From positions 5,335,050 to 5,399,049 of the forward strand of contig MU058781.1 in assembly GCA_013265495.1 (NCBI GenBank): a DNA stretch of 64,000 nt. The letters are read 5' to 3'. Origin of the DNA: Vicugna vicugna (Eukaryota). The notes under the pieces are model-generated. The model was given only the letters and a program-made list of their open reading frames with translations, was not told where the DNA came from and searched no databases. The translations under genes were made by a program, and so were the position numbers. Of the stretch, positions 51,370 through 63,343 are shown piece by piece (within the stretch, counting starts at the first letter, position 1; each line of letters opens with the position of its first letter).

Positions 51370-51830
51370 ACCCATTCATTTATTTATTGAACAAAATTTT
51401 ATTGGCTCTTATTAAGTGTCATGTGCCGTACTAAGCACAGAAGATGTAACAATGGATAAAACAAACTCCCTCCTCCCAAGGGGCTCACGTCTAGAAGGCA
51501 ACACAGAGAGGTAAGCAATCAATGTCAATAGAGTGAAAAAATTTAAATGGAGGAACTGTCAAGTATAAGGAGACGGTAAGAGGAGCATCTGGTCTCGTCT
51601 TAGGGAGGAAAGGGAGAGAAGAAGAAGGCACCTAAAGCAAAGTCCTAAAGGATGAGTTAGCAGGAAGCCAGGAGCAGGGGCAGGAACATTCCTGAGACAG
51701 GAAAGAAACGACCCCAAGATCATGGCTGGAGATAGGAAGAAACCAAAACCATAGTGGAGTCACGTGGTGAAGTAGGATGCTGATGTGGGCATTTGGGCCA
51801 CATTCCTAAGGGCAATAGGACAATAACCAT
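51370..51830 (-). mobile_element. L2 3' region
   Basis: cattcatttatttattgaacaaaattttattg...gggctcacgtctag...cctaaaggatgagt...gaacattcc. Confidence 0.75.
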
Positions 51831-53089
51831 TAATCCAAGTGGTATAAATAATTGAAAAGACCACCAAAAGAACTAGGACATCAGACACATCAACTATATG
51901 TGAATCCCACCACTTTAGGCTCATGGCTTGCACTTGTATGTAGCAGACCATGTCAATCAAATAAAATGAACACTAAAAGCTAACATTTAATGATATGTGC
52001 ACTTGTATAGAAGCACAGGCCTGTTTACCACTGAGCTGCACGCAACTGAGCTTAAATAACTACAATCAATAGCACTTTTACAGAGTTAAGCCAATTTTCT
52101 TTTCTCACTCTGTTAGCTCCTAAATATCTATTATCAGTGAAATGTCATCCGTTGTACTTTAGCTCACGCTCATGTGATTGTACCCAAGTTAAGAGACAGA
52201 AATCCAGTAATATTATTTCCATGGATCTCAGGTTCTTCTCATTGCTTCACATGCTCCGTGTTGAAATAATCTATGTGTGAGTGAATCAAACAAGGGAAGT
52301 ACTGGACGGTTAAACAGCAGTAGCCTAATACAGCAGGAAGAAGACCGATTTTGAAACTACAATATTTTGGGGAGGGGTATTTTTACGGTGAGACATAAAA
52401 ACAACCACAGAGTAAAAGGCTTCTAAGGAAAGGCCAGAGACCATCAGGATGCATGAAAACAAGAGGGTTTATGTGATCATTGATGGGACTTCGGCTGCTG
52501 TCATTTTATATCAGGTTTCTCTTTTCTTTTTGTGAGTGTTTTTACACCAAGGGGAGTTTAGCAACAGAATAAATGGTGCAGTTCATAGCACTTATGAACA
52601 GAAATAATAAATCAATGAAAGTACAGTAGGCGAAGGCTTTACTTTAAAGATTACCATCTCAACAGTTGCAAGCACAGAAAGAGAAATCTTTGAAATTTGC
52701 ACGCTGACAAGTACCAGCTCACTTAGGCTGATGGGAGCTACAATGTGACAAGCGGTAGGTCAGCAGATGAATGAGCCCTAGAGGGACTGCAGAAGCCCAG
52801 GGCCCAGGCCAACACCAGGACAGGCTTTCTCCCACCACCCCTAGTTATGGGTTCCATCATTATCCTGCTGGTGGGGGAAGGGGAGGGATGTATTGTCAGC
52901 AGTTCGACAACACAACAGTTATATCTGAACATTATTTCAAGTTTGCTATGTGTCTCCTTGTGCATGGCAGGATAATGTTCTCAGTCTCCTTCATCTGCTC
53001 TGTTTCTCTCCATCCCTGGCAATCTGAGGTTATGCAATGAATGGCAATTAATGTCAGCAAGAATAAAATTTTCTTGTCCTTTTGAATAT

Positions 53090-53220
53090 TCTTGCTCAAA
53101 ACACAGACTGCAGACCAGCAACACTGGTATCACTTGGGTACTTGTTAGAAATGCAGAATCTCAGGCCCTACCCCAGACCTACTGAATCAGAACCTGTATT
53201 TTAACAAGAAACCAGGTGCC
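53090..53220. mobile_element. MER5A MITE
   Basis: cttgttagaaatgcagaatctcaggccctaccccagacctactgaatcagaa. Confidence 0.9.
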
Positions 53221-53589
53221 CCAATGCCATGGATGAGCCACTCTAAAGAATCTGAAACACCTTATGGGACTCTAAGAAGCCATCACCATCCTCCAGAAGG
53301 AGCCAGGAATGAAATGTTCACAACCTTCATGACAAGGGGCACCTGTAGGACAGAGCCAGGACACTGGGAAGAGAGAAGTCGGCAGAAAGAGAAAAATGGA
53401 GGGAGAGGAACGTAAAGGGCTGTCAGGAGCACACTGAAGCTGCCTTTGAATGAACTGGGAGGTGACTTAGCTGGGTAAGTAACGTTGTGTTCTATGCTCT
53501 GGACTCTTCTTCTTTGTAACCAGCCTCTTGTAGAATTGCATTGCCTCTGTGTGTGCTATTTTATGTTATTATGAGGCATAATGACTTAC

Positions 53590-54010
53590 CTTTTGCATTT
53601 TCTGAGGGTAACTATTTTGTCTTGTTTTGAAATGCTAGTTTGGTAGTAAGAGCCCATCCATACTTTGCTGGCTTTCTGTGCTCCCTGCTGCAGCAGGACC
53701 CAAGCTTTCTGCAATGTTTGCCCCAAAACTATTTGGGACACTTTCCCAAGGGAATTGAACATGTGCTCCCAAACTGCTACCATGTAGCATGTGTAGGACC
53801 TCCTAGTCTTTTCTGGGTAGACCCGCCTTCACTGGGGAGAGTTGCCAATGTTGAGCATGGTTACTGCTTCTGCTGGGTTCCACTGTGCTTGGAGGGCTGT
53901 GGCCCATGCTGACTGGACCCTTCCCCACCACCGCTAGAGAGCTGGATCCCTGAGGGCCAGGAAACTGGTGAAGAGGGCGTACACTTGGAGAGTTACCAAA
54001 GTGTCTCACC
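53590..54010 (-). pseudogene. Candidate 421-bp pseudo-exon (S/P/G-rich) of an unidentified gene
   Basis: cag|G acceptor and consensus AAG|gtaagt donor. One 140-codon frame with only two stops, both TAG (53803-53805 and 53635-53637). Non-repeat sequence. Confidence 0.4.
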
Positions 54011-54749
54011 CTGATACATGACAGAATTTTCAGTTTTTACCCTAAATCCCTCTGAAACAGCCGCTGAACTTGGCCTGTGGGCATCCCTGTTACACTGAGA
54101 CTTTGTAAGTGGGTCAAGTTTATTGAGTTAGATTGAGTTCATGAGTTCTTTCCTTATTCTCACACGTGCACAGGCTTAGGATGGGGACTCCCCGCCCCAC
54201 AATCCATCATCAATGCTCAGGTATTTCTTAATCCATGCAATTCTACAAAACTGAAGCTAAAGCTGGGACCACCCCACGACTACCTACAAACCATAGTAGA
54301 GAAGAATTCATGCCTCAGCATGGATTCAGCTCTCATAAATGAAGCATTTTTTTAGATGCACTAAAATTTGTAAAAGGCACCAGGGAATTCCATAGAGCTT
54401 TCCTTTGTTATTACGCCAGGGCCACCTCTCCCACTCCAAGCGCTCTCCTTATGTCCCTCTCTCATCCTTGCAGCGGGTTCAGGGACTCTCTGGCTTTCCT
54501 CTCTTCCTGGTAGCAGCAAGCAGCCTTGCTCTCCCTTCAAGACTGACTACTAAGAGGGGAGTAGTTCCCACAAATATTCCAAGTTCTTGCTGTACCTAAA
54601 AACTAACCCACAAACCGTGTACATTTTGGGTTTCATTGCCAATCCCTTTACAAAACAGATCAGGGAAAATGAAACCTAAAACCATAGGGAAGTTTTAAAT
54701 TATATAATCTTACACTGTTCTTTCCATTTTACTCTCTGGATAATAAGAA

Positions 54750-54960
54750 TAGTAACAATAATAATAACTGAGATCTATTGGGCCTTTACTGTGTGCTAAT
54801 TTCTCATGAGCATATCTAAATTGAACATCACAGTTGAAGCTGGGTCTCTGATTAACTCCATTTTGCCAAGGAGAAAACTAAGGTTCATGGAGATTAAAAC
54901 CCTTAGCTAACATCACACAGCTGGTCAGTGGCAGATCCACAGTCACGTTATTAAGCTTCA
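54750..54960 (-). mobile_element. MIR SINE
   Basis: aataataataactg...ccattttgccaaggagaaaactaagg...catcacacagctggtcagtggcaga. Confidence 0.7.
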
Positions 54961-55344
54961 TGCTATAATGGTTTTCTACTTCGTCTTTCTTCTGATTCAC
55001 TTCTGAAACGGCATCTGGACGCTCTAATAAACTTCCCATGTTTCTATTCAACAGAGTCGTATTCAGTAAAGTTCTTCACCATCCTCTCCCACCCTCATCA
55101 GCTTCTAGCAGGAGAAGTTTATCAGGAACCAACAGCAGTGTCCCAGGAGCTATTGATACATCTTTCATTTATAAAATAGAGTCTGTGTTAAATTCATTTG
55201 GAAAGCACTGAGTTAAACAAAACTTAAGAGATTACTTTTCTGATGGCGACTATTGTATTCATGTGTAATTCACTAAAACCATGTTTTTTTCCTTCCTGAA
55301 CCCTAACTAATACTGTGCAGAGCACGTGACAAACAGATCCACGC

Positions 55345-55500
55345 TTCTCAAACTTTAAAATGCAGGCACGAGACCTGGGAGTTTGTTAAAATGAAGATTC
55401 TGGCTCCGTGAGTCTGGGACAGGGCTGAGAGTCTGCATTTGAGCAAGCTCCCAGGTAATGGTTGATGGCGTTCGTCTGAGGACCACACCTGGAATAGTGA
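55345..55500. mobile_element. MER5A MITE
   Basis: cttctcaaacttta...cctgggagtttgttaaaatg...ctgagagtctgcattt...ctcccaggt...gaccacac. Confidence 0.8.
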
Positions 55501-55534
55501 GGCTCTGGAATACAGTTTCATCAGTGGTGCTCAC

Positions 55535-55716
55535 GGAAGACATGCCAGCAAAAGGCTGACATTGTGGAAATTCACCTGCAGGTACAACTGAGTTAGAATT
55601 ACAGATGTTCCCTTGTCTCAAAGGAGCTTTTGACATCTCCAAGGTCCTCTACTGCTCCTCATTCCTCCCTCTGGATGATTCTCCACTACAGCTCAGTGAC
55701 TGTTTAGAAGAGACAC
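55535..55716 (-). pseudogene. Candidate pseudo-exon of the same putative gene
   Basis: attcag|GT acceptor and TCC|gtgagc donor; 60 codons with one TAG (55649-55651). Phase does not join 54010 directly. Confidence 0.25.
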
Positions 55717-57368
55717 CTGAATATATATACTTGAAACTCTTGAATATTGCCTGACATTGATGACATTTATAAAAGTCTTTTGTCATCTCTGAGCCACTGT
55801 ATAGTTTTTTAAAATTAGTTTTATACGTATTAGTTATATATAACATAAAATTAGTTATGTATGTGCCTAATACATAGTTTTAAAAACTAGTTTTATATAA
55901 TATATGACTAATTTTTTACACACCCTGACTTCTCTAAGGTTCTAAGTCCACAGTCTTACAATTGTTCATACTGTGTAAGGCACAAAATGAATAACAGCAT
56001 TTTATTTCAACTAAAATTTTGCTATTTATAACTGAAAACCAAATGGCCCTGGAAGGAGAGATTCAGGAGTATGCTGCTAGGAACATTCAGTTCTTAAATA
56101 TAATAAAGCCCCTGTTTAAAAATAAAACTTAAATTAATGCAACTAGAAAAATTGTATGGCTAAACATGATTCCTGCTTCTAAAAGCTGTTCTAATCATGT
56201 CAACCAACAGATTATATTAAAATAGATATAATCTGAATACATTAAAAATTGTAAAAAGATCAGGACACCTGTTATCTTGATTTTGGTAATCAGATTATTA
56301 CTTGAATTTCATTTCAGTTATTTTTTCCTCCCAAGTTTAAATGTGAGCACAAATATCTGCTTTCTTTTGTTCTTGTTTTTTCCTCTTGAGTATCCCATGG
56401 AAGTGAAATCAAAGTGATGTAAAGTTCACCCTTTCTGCCACCTTTGGTCTTACAATCTGATAGACAAAGCATGTATTTCTTTTCTCAATTCTAAGACTAT
56501 TGAACCCCAAAAGACAAGAGTCAATTGTAAATACTTAACTAGAGCTCTAGGAGAAAACATCTCAACTCAGAATTAGTGATCTGGCTTTAAAATTAGGGGG
56601 CAGGAGAAAATTGACACTTAGCAGCTCCATTCATGCTGTCCCTACCCCACTCCTCCTTATTGGGGTTCCCATGGCTTATCTAGGAACAAAACAACCTAGG
56701 TCCATGGCCAGCTAAGAGATGAGCCTCATTGCTGTGATCTTTTTCTAGGACACGTATCTGGAAGGCCAGTGGGGTGGGTCTTTTAATCAGTAAGCTGACA
56801 TTTACATGAAGTCAGAGTGTCTCAGCTGTAACAAAAAGCTGTTCTTCACTACGTTTAGGGATGGCTGGTTGGCCTTATTCCATCTTCCTATGCCGAGTGC
56901 AGAGCTGTAACTCTATTAACATTTTCATTTCAGTCGAATTAGTGATCTTGTTCTTGACCCTGTACTCAGAGACCTGAACAATGGGGGGTTAATTTAGCTG
57001 AGAATTTGGCCTTTTGTTGTATTCATAACTAATAAATTAGCAGACTTGAGTGGCGGGAAATATGAAAAGCTAAAAGAACATAGGAGCATGTCTGAGCACC
57101 TAGAGAAAGCCAGAATTAAAAATAATTTGGGGAAATGGGCTGGGTCTTATTAAACATATGTGACGTTTCCCAGTTGGGAAAAATAGCTGCTGGGAAAGTG
57201 AGTTTCGAAGATATTTCGGTCTCACTGACAAGCACTCAATTTCGTGAGACTCTAAGTATGCATCTTATTTTCACCGATCTTTATTTCTATTCTAGTGGTC
57301 CTCAAGACTATTCACACATATGATACTATGTAAAAGCTGTCTGTTCAGCTTCAACATCATGCTACATT

Positions 57369-57666
57369 CTTCTCCCGCTCCAGCTTTATTGAGATATAAT
57401 CGACATGTATCATCATGTAAGTTTTAAGGTATACAATGTGATGATTTATACATATATATATGAACATATATATAAATACTTAGTACAATTAGGTTAGTTA
57501 ACATATCTATCACCTCACAAAGTTACTTCTGTGTGTGTGTGCAGTGAGAACTTTTAAGATTTACTCTCTTAGCAAGCTTCGGATAAACAATACAATATTT
57601 AACTATAGTCATCATGCTGTACTTGATCTTCAGGACTTACTCATCTTGTAGCTGAAAGTTTGTACT
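57369..57666 (-). mobile_element. L1MA-like 3' end
   Basis: cagctttattgagatataat...aaggtatacaatgtgatg...aagatttactctcttagcaa; TSD atgctacatt at 57359-57368 and 57667-57676. Confidence 0.88.
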
Positions 57667-57869
57667 ATGCTACATTTTTTGGTGACTTTTATAGAATATG
57701 GATTTTTCAATGTTGATTAAGATCTTTTAGATGATTCCCTTAAAGATTTTTTTAACATACAAAACATTGAAACCTTCTTGACATAATAAAAGGCTGAAAG
57801 TCAAAGGTAAAATATTTCCCTAGTATAATTATGGTGCCATGTTTTTTGCACTATGGAGGGACATGTAGG

Positions 57870-57990
57870 GTAGGCAGAAGACTAGGATGTTGGCTCTTGA
57901 AGGGACTTCAGAGCTCATCTCAACCCTCCCATTTTACAGGTGAGAAACTGAGGCCTGGAGAGTGTTCATAACTTGCCAGAATCACATCCA
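57870..57990 (-). mobile_element. MIR core
   Basis: cccattttacaggtgagaaactgaggcctggagag...acttgcc. Confidence 0.8.
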
Positions 57991-58469
57991 GTTCTCATGA
58001 CAATTCAGTAATTTTTATGCACTGTAATTATATCATATAATTGATTATATAACCATTATTTTAACAAGTTTAAACAAACATTATAATTAATACTTATACA
58101 ATTGAATGATTTGCTTTATATTCTTTGACAAGGATTAAAAACTGAAAATGCATTATTACACAAAGCCTCTTCCCTCTCCCCAGGAATCAGACTCAACCTA
58201 ATGGATCCTGATTTGTTGGTTTCCCCTCATGTTCAAAGCAACAGGAAATGTCCAGATGCTTAGATAATAAAGCGTCATAGTTGCTTTAGAAAAACAGTTT
58301 ACTTAAGAAGCTTACCAGAAGCCTTTCAAAACTGAGATATTATCTGCATAAATAAACTATTTTGCTAAAAAAATATTTAAAATAAGAGATTATTGGATTT
58401 CTATTTATCATGGCTCTGTATCTCTCAGGATTCTGGAAAAATAAAATATATGTCTTTCTTTCCAAATCC

Positions 58470-59855
58470 AGAGATAAAATTTCACTTGAATTTTCTTTCA
58501 TGAAAAGAAAGAAAATTCAAAGCAATCCCAATCAGAAGCCCAATAGGCACTGTTTGATTTCCTTTTGTTTCATACAAAAAATTAACACACTGACTCTAAA
58601 ATTTATTTATAAATGTTGAGGGCCACAAGTAGTCAAGGAAAGCCTTAAGAAAAATAAAGTGGAAGAACTTGCTTTACCAGACACCAAAACTTAGTATAAA
58701 ATGGCAAAAGACAGCATGGAATTGTTACTATGGTAGACGACCCAATGGAACAGAAGAGAATCCCCAAACAGTTCACGTGTATATGGTCACTTGATTTTTC
58801 GCAAAGATGACACGGCGGAAGAGTGGGGAAAGGATGATCTTTTCAATAAATGATGCCAGCTGAAGTCCACATGGGAAAAAAAAATGTGACTTCTGTCATA
58901 GACCAAAATCCATTCTAGGTAGATTATTAACTAAAGTAAAAGTACAATAGTAAAGCTTTTAGAAGATGCTGAATATAGAGATCTCTTAAACTAAATGCCA
59001 ATAGGATAACTGTAAAAAAAAAAACGATTTTTGGACTTCTTTAAAAATAGGAGCATACATCCTTCAAATGGTACAATTGAGAGAGGTAAAGGCAACTGAG
59101 AAGAAAAAGTAGATCTGTGTGCTATCTTCAGCACACACAGAATTTCCACAGTTCAATGAGAAGAAAATAAACAACCATGCATGAATGTTCAGCTACACAT
59201 TATTTCATTTCGAGAGTAAATCCATTTCTCCTCAGAATATTTTGAGCTCACTTTGGGCACAGTGTTTCCTACTCTTAGGAAACTCCCTACTCCTCAGATT
59301 AAGCAGTAGATTCAAATAAAGAATGTGAGAGCCAGTAAATACAAAGAAACAGAACTTCAGTTACTTCGAATCTGTTATTCCGTGTGACCTCCTGGAGTTT
59401 TCATGTAGGTTTACCATCAAAAAACAAAAACAAAAACACAAAAGAGACACAAGGGAACACTGAAAGGGGTTGGATGTGGCTCTAACCTCAGTGACGGTGA
59501 TGGTATGAGGGCTGATTGCACATGGCCAAACGCATCAAATTGTACAACTTTAATAAGTGCGGTTCTTTATAAATCAATTACATCTCAACAAGGTTGGTAA
59601 AAAAAAAAAAAGCCTAAAACTCTCGTTTATCAGAGTTATCATCACAAGTGGCAAAACCATAAAGAAAAGGAAGGAAGTGGTTACCATAGACGGTAGGGTA
59701 ATGGACCACTTTGGTGGGCATAAGTGGGCTTCTGGGAGGCTGAGAAGTTCATTCCTGGTTACACAGGTATGTGTTTTATGATAATTCACTGAACTGTACA
59801 TTTGTATACAGTCCTCTGTTTTTATGTCTAGTTCACAATAAAAACTTTTTTTTAA
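58470..59855 (+). mobile_element. Old L1M fragments (ORF2 about 58470-59180; 3'UTR pieces about 59420-59855)
   Basis: ctgactctaaaattta...aataaagtggaagaactt...ggggaaaggatgatcttttcaataaatg; catcaaattgtaca...tcaattacatctcaa. Confidence 0.75.
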
Positions 59856-60695
59856 AGTTAATGGGAAATGACAAAGAGAGAAAGTAAATCTCTCTAGATT
59901 TCTCTTTCAAGAAGCTTGCTTGAAGATTCTGCCCCAGCCTCTCGAGTGAATCAAACAGGCTGCACGAACTTATGCTAATGTCATGTTATAGGCCAATTAG
60001 TTCAAGGGTGGTTCTTCTGGCAAACATAAATACCACAATAGTGGAAAACATTAGCCCTTCTGTGACGAAGTGCCTTAAGGAAAATTACAGATCATGTAAC
60101 AAACCCTGGAATACAGCCCTGCTACCACCTCACTCTGGCTCCAGAATTCTTCCAGACCAGGTCTTTGTTCTCTCTCTGCTCCTCATTCCCCAACTCTCTG
60201 TCCATGTTGGCCTCATACTTTGTTCATTTCCTGCCTCGCCCCTTGGACAGATGGTTTTGAATTGCCTGGCCAGCCTCCGGTCCTGTGTCCTCTCTCAAGT
60301 CACAATTCTGCTGTTGCTTTGCAGCTCAGATGGGAATGTTTACACCACCCACAGAAGAGAGGTACAGAAGGTGTGCCCAGTGTAATGAAAACCTTGCAGC
60401 TGTAGAGGTGCTTCATGTGCAGGTCCTCACTTGGAATATATATGAATCATGCATAAGATGCAAGTATTCTGGTCTAATGGGTTAGATATCTTGGTCTTGA
60501 CTGGGTATCTTTTAAAACTATTAGCTCATAAAAATATTTTTAAATAACAAAACATTTTAAGGGAAGTGTTCACCAATCAAACCACATTGCTGGAGCATTT
60601 CACAGGTTGATTCCCATTTCCAGCAGTTGAATGTATTAAGCATATGGTCTAATATTATTATTTATGTTCTAGAAGAGTCAAGAAGAGGTAGCATA

Positions 60696-60748
60696 TTTGA
60701 CACACATTGTAAAGTGATTATAAACCAATAAAAAATGTTAAAAAAAAA
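60696..60748 (+). mobile_element. Ultra-short (~53 bp) young L1 3' terminus
   Basis: tttgacacacattgtaaagtgattataaaccaataaaaaatgttaaaa matches the ends of the other young L1s. Imperfect TSD agaggtagcata (60684-60695) / agaagtaacata (60749-60760). Confidence 0.85.
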
Positions 60749-61689
60749 AGAAGTAACATAAGCAGTAACTTTACCTGGAAATGTGCATGCTATAATAAAA
60801 GTCCATATAAATCATCTTAAATCCTGCATATCAATTTTTAATTCATTTTATTGGAAATCTTTGCATTTTCCTATAAACAAAAAAGGTATCGTTTTATTTT
60901 CCCATGTCAACAAGCACTTCCTCTGCATGGAAAGAATCACTTATTCTGGAATAAGTACTTAAAAATTCTGAAATAGTTAGAGTTGATGTTTTAATAATTG
61001 ACAAATGAGTACAGTGTTCTAGGCAGGTGTAACTCATTGTCTGATGTTTCATTTTAATCCAATTTTCAGCTGACTTATGCTCTTCTGGTATAGTTGAGCA
61101 GAAAAATGAAAGAATCCTTCTCCCTGGAAAGCTAAATATTTTAGTCAGGTTGAAAAAGTATGTGCACGGGCCCCATAACAGTAGTAATGAATGATGAAGG
61201 CCATTCTCCAAGGATTTGGTATAGCACGGTCATTTTTCATCGCTATTATTTTTCTGTCATGTCTTTAAAAAAAAAAACCCAGCCCATTGCCTTTTCATGT
61301 TATTACGTGTGACTTATTTTTCCCCCTCAAGATTTCTGGTCTGTTGCTATAGCAAAAGTAATGATGAAATTTTGCCTAACATTCTTTTGCTCTTGAATCT
61401 CAAATAAGGAACTCTGTGGCACTGCCTACATCTCTTGCAGTGACTACCCAGGCCTTCTTTATGCAAGAGAAAAAGTCGTTCCCAATCTTTAGCCAATCCA
61501 TTTATTTGGGGGACAGTAATTTCACCAGTCAGCAACAATTTCACCATTTCTTCAAGCCATTTCCATTGGGATAGAGAATAAAGTTTCGAACTGACGTTAT
61601 GTGGTACCACCTAAGCATCTTTCTCCTAAATTCAGTCAACGATCTCTGCAGAGCGTGTAGGGAAGCTTTAACTAACAAGAGTATATTAC

Positions 61690-62170
61690 ATTCGTTCATG
61701 ATACAAACATTTATTATTGCCTACCATTAGCCAGGTACTAGGTACCAAGGATACAGTGTGGAAAAGACAGACACGGTCTCCACCCTCATGTCACACCCAG
61801 AAAAGTTCACATGCCCCAAGTGTTGAGAAAAGCACAGGGTACTACTGGAGCACCAGGAGGGTTACTGGATCCCATTTTAGGGAACCAGAGAAGGCTTCCT
61901 GAAAGAAATGATAGTTAAGAGAGACATAAACTATGAACAGAAATTAGAGGCAAAAAAACAAAAACAAAGAACCATAGAGACAATATCAGTTACTTCAACT
62001 GGAGCATGGATTTCAGAGGAGGGGTAGAGAAGGCAGTGTGCCAGGATAAGGTCAGAGAGAATGCAGGAGCTGGAGGGCCAGATTTTGAAAGACCTTTTAA
62101 GCTGAGATAAAAACGTTGGGTTTGATTATCTGTCTAATGGGTAGAAAAACATCGGAATGTTTTCAGCATG
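61690..62170 (-). mobile_element. L2 3' region
   Basis: cattcgttcat...aaacatttatt...gcctac...gccaggtact...gaaggcttcctgaaaga...ggccagattttgaa. Confidence 0.75.
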
Positions 62171-62175
62171 TGCAG

Positions 62176-62235
62176 TTCTGATACCAGAAGTGGCTTCAGA
62201 GGAACAGAATCTTAAGGATGAGTTCTCTAAACTGG
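62176..62235 (+). mobile_element. Orphan ERVL internal-leader (PBS-adjacent) fragment
   Basis: taccagaagtggcttcagaggaacagaatcttaaggatgagtt resembles the first ~60 nt of ERVL/HERV-L internal sequence. No MLT2 LTR beside it. Confidence 0.6.
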
Positions 62236-62992
62236 GGACTGTTCCTTTTCAATCCCACTGGAGTCCTCTAGAGCTGTCTAGAGCTGCTGGAAGAATTTTA
62301 GTGCTTGGAGGATTGTGGGGCACCCACTGAGCTGATGAACAGCACAAAGAACCGTGGGGTAGAGGCTGACATGGCTTTGGAATTAACTGTGTTTCACTCG
62401 ACTGGGAATTTTCCTCCTGTGCACTCAGGTCGAGAGTGAATTTGGAGGGAGGAAACTAATATTTAGGCTGGTCCGTACTGGAAAAGTTCAGGGCAGTCGT
62501 CGAGTTGTTCTTCCTGAAGCATCACTCGTAGTTGCTAAAAATAACATCAGCATTGCTAAGCAGAGAAAGGGTCGTTTGTAAGGCTTGTTTCTCAGCCTCC
62601 TGGTTTTCCACGCTGTGTAGGTTAGGGAGGCAGGTCACTGTTCAGGAAGCAAGGTGCAGGACCACTTCTATGGCACATAATGGGTACAAACTCAAGAGAA
62701 TTGTGTTCTTCATCACAATTTAGGCTTTAATTGAACACAAATGTCAGTGCAGGCCCTCATCACATCCTCATGACTGTAGGATTGAAAGAGACTCCTTACG
62801 GGCTCCTTCCTCCAGGCCACCCCCACTCCAGGGCATCAGCTCCCTAGAGCATCAGTTCTGTTGTGTTTCTCCACTGCTCAAAAACTACCAGTGGCCCCTC
62901 AGTGCCTAAAACAGTGGTTCTCAGCTCTAACTGCACGTTAGAGTCACCTGGAGAGAATTTTTTAATACCAGTGGCCAGACTACTTGAATCAG

Positions 62993-63343
62993 GATACAGA
63001 TTGAATGCTTGTGTCATCTCCACAAATTCATATGCTGAAATCCTAACCACCAATGGGATGGTATTAAAGAGTAGAGCCTTCAGAGGATGATTAGGTCATG
63101 AGGATGGAGCCCTAATGATTAGTGCCCTTAAGAAGGAGACTCAAAGAGCTCTCTTGCCCCTCCACCATGTGAGGACACAGAAAGAAGATGAGATGGCTGT
63201 CTATGAACCAGGAAACTCTCACCTAATCTGCCAGTGCCTTGACCTTGGACTTTCCAGCCTTCAGAACTGTAAAAATTAATGTTTGTTATTGAAGTCACCT
63301 GGACATGCTATTTTTGTTATAGCAGTCTGAATGAAGTAAGACA
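62993..63343 (+). mobile_element. MLT1A-like solo LTR nested in MER5B (about 62910-63415), itself within L2 (about 62850-63860)
   Basis: aattcatatgctgaaatcctaacc...gttatagcag...taagaca; TSD atcag at 62988-62992 and 63344-63348. MER5 arms cagtggttctcagc and ttaagaattactg. L2 ends in ttgttgaat...gaatgaat. Confidence 0.85.

Noticed and set aside
59972..60485. Plus-strand ORFs including a CxxC motif (RCAQCNENL)
   Set aside because: The remaining LIM or zinc-finger ligand spacing is missing and there are no convincing splice boundaries.
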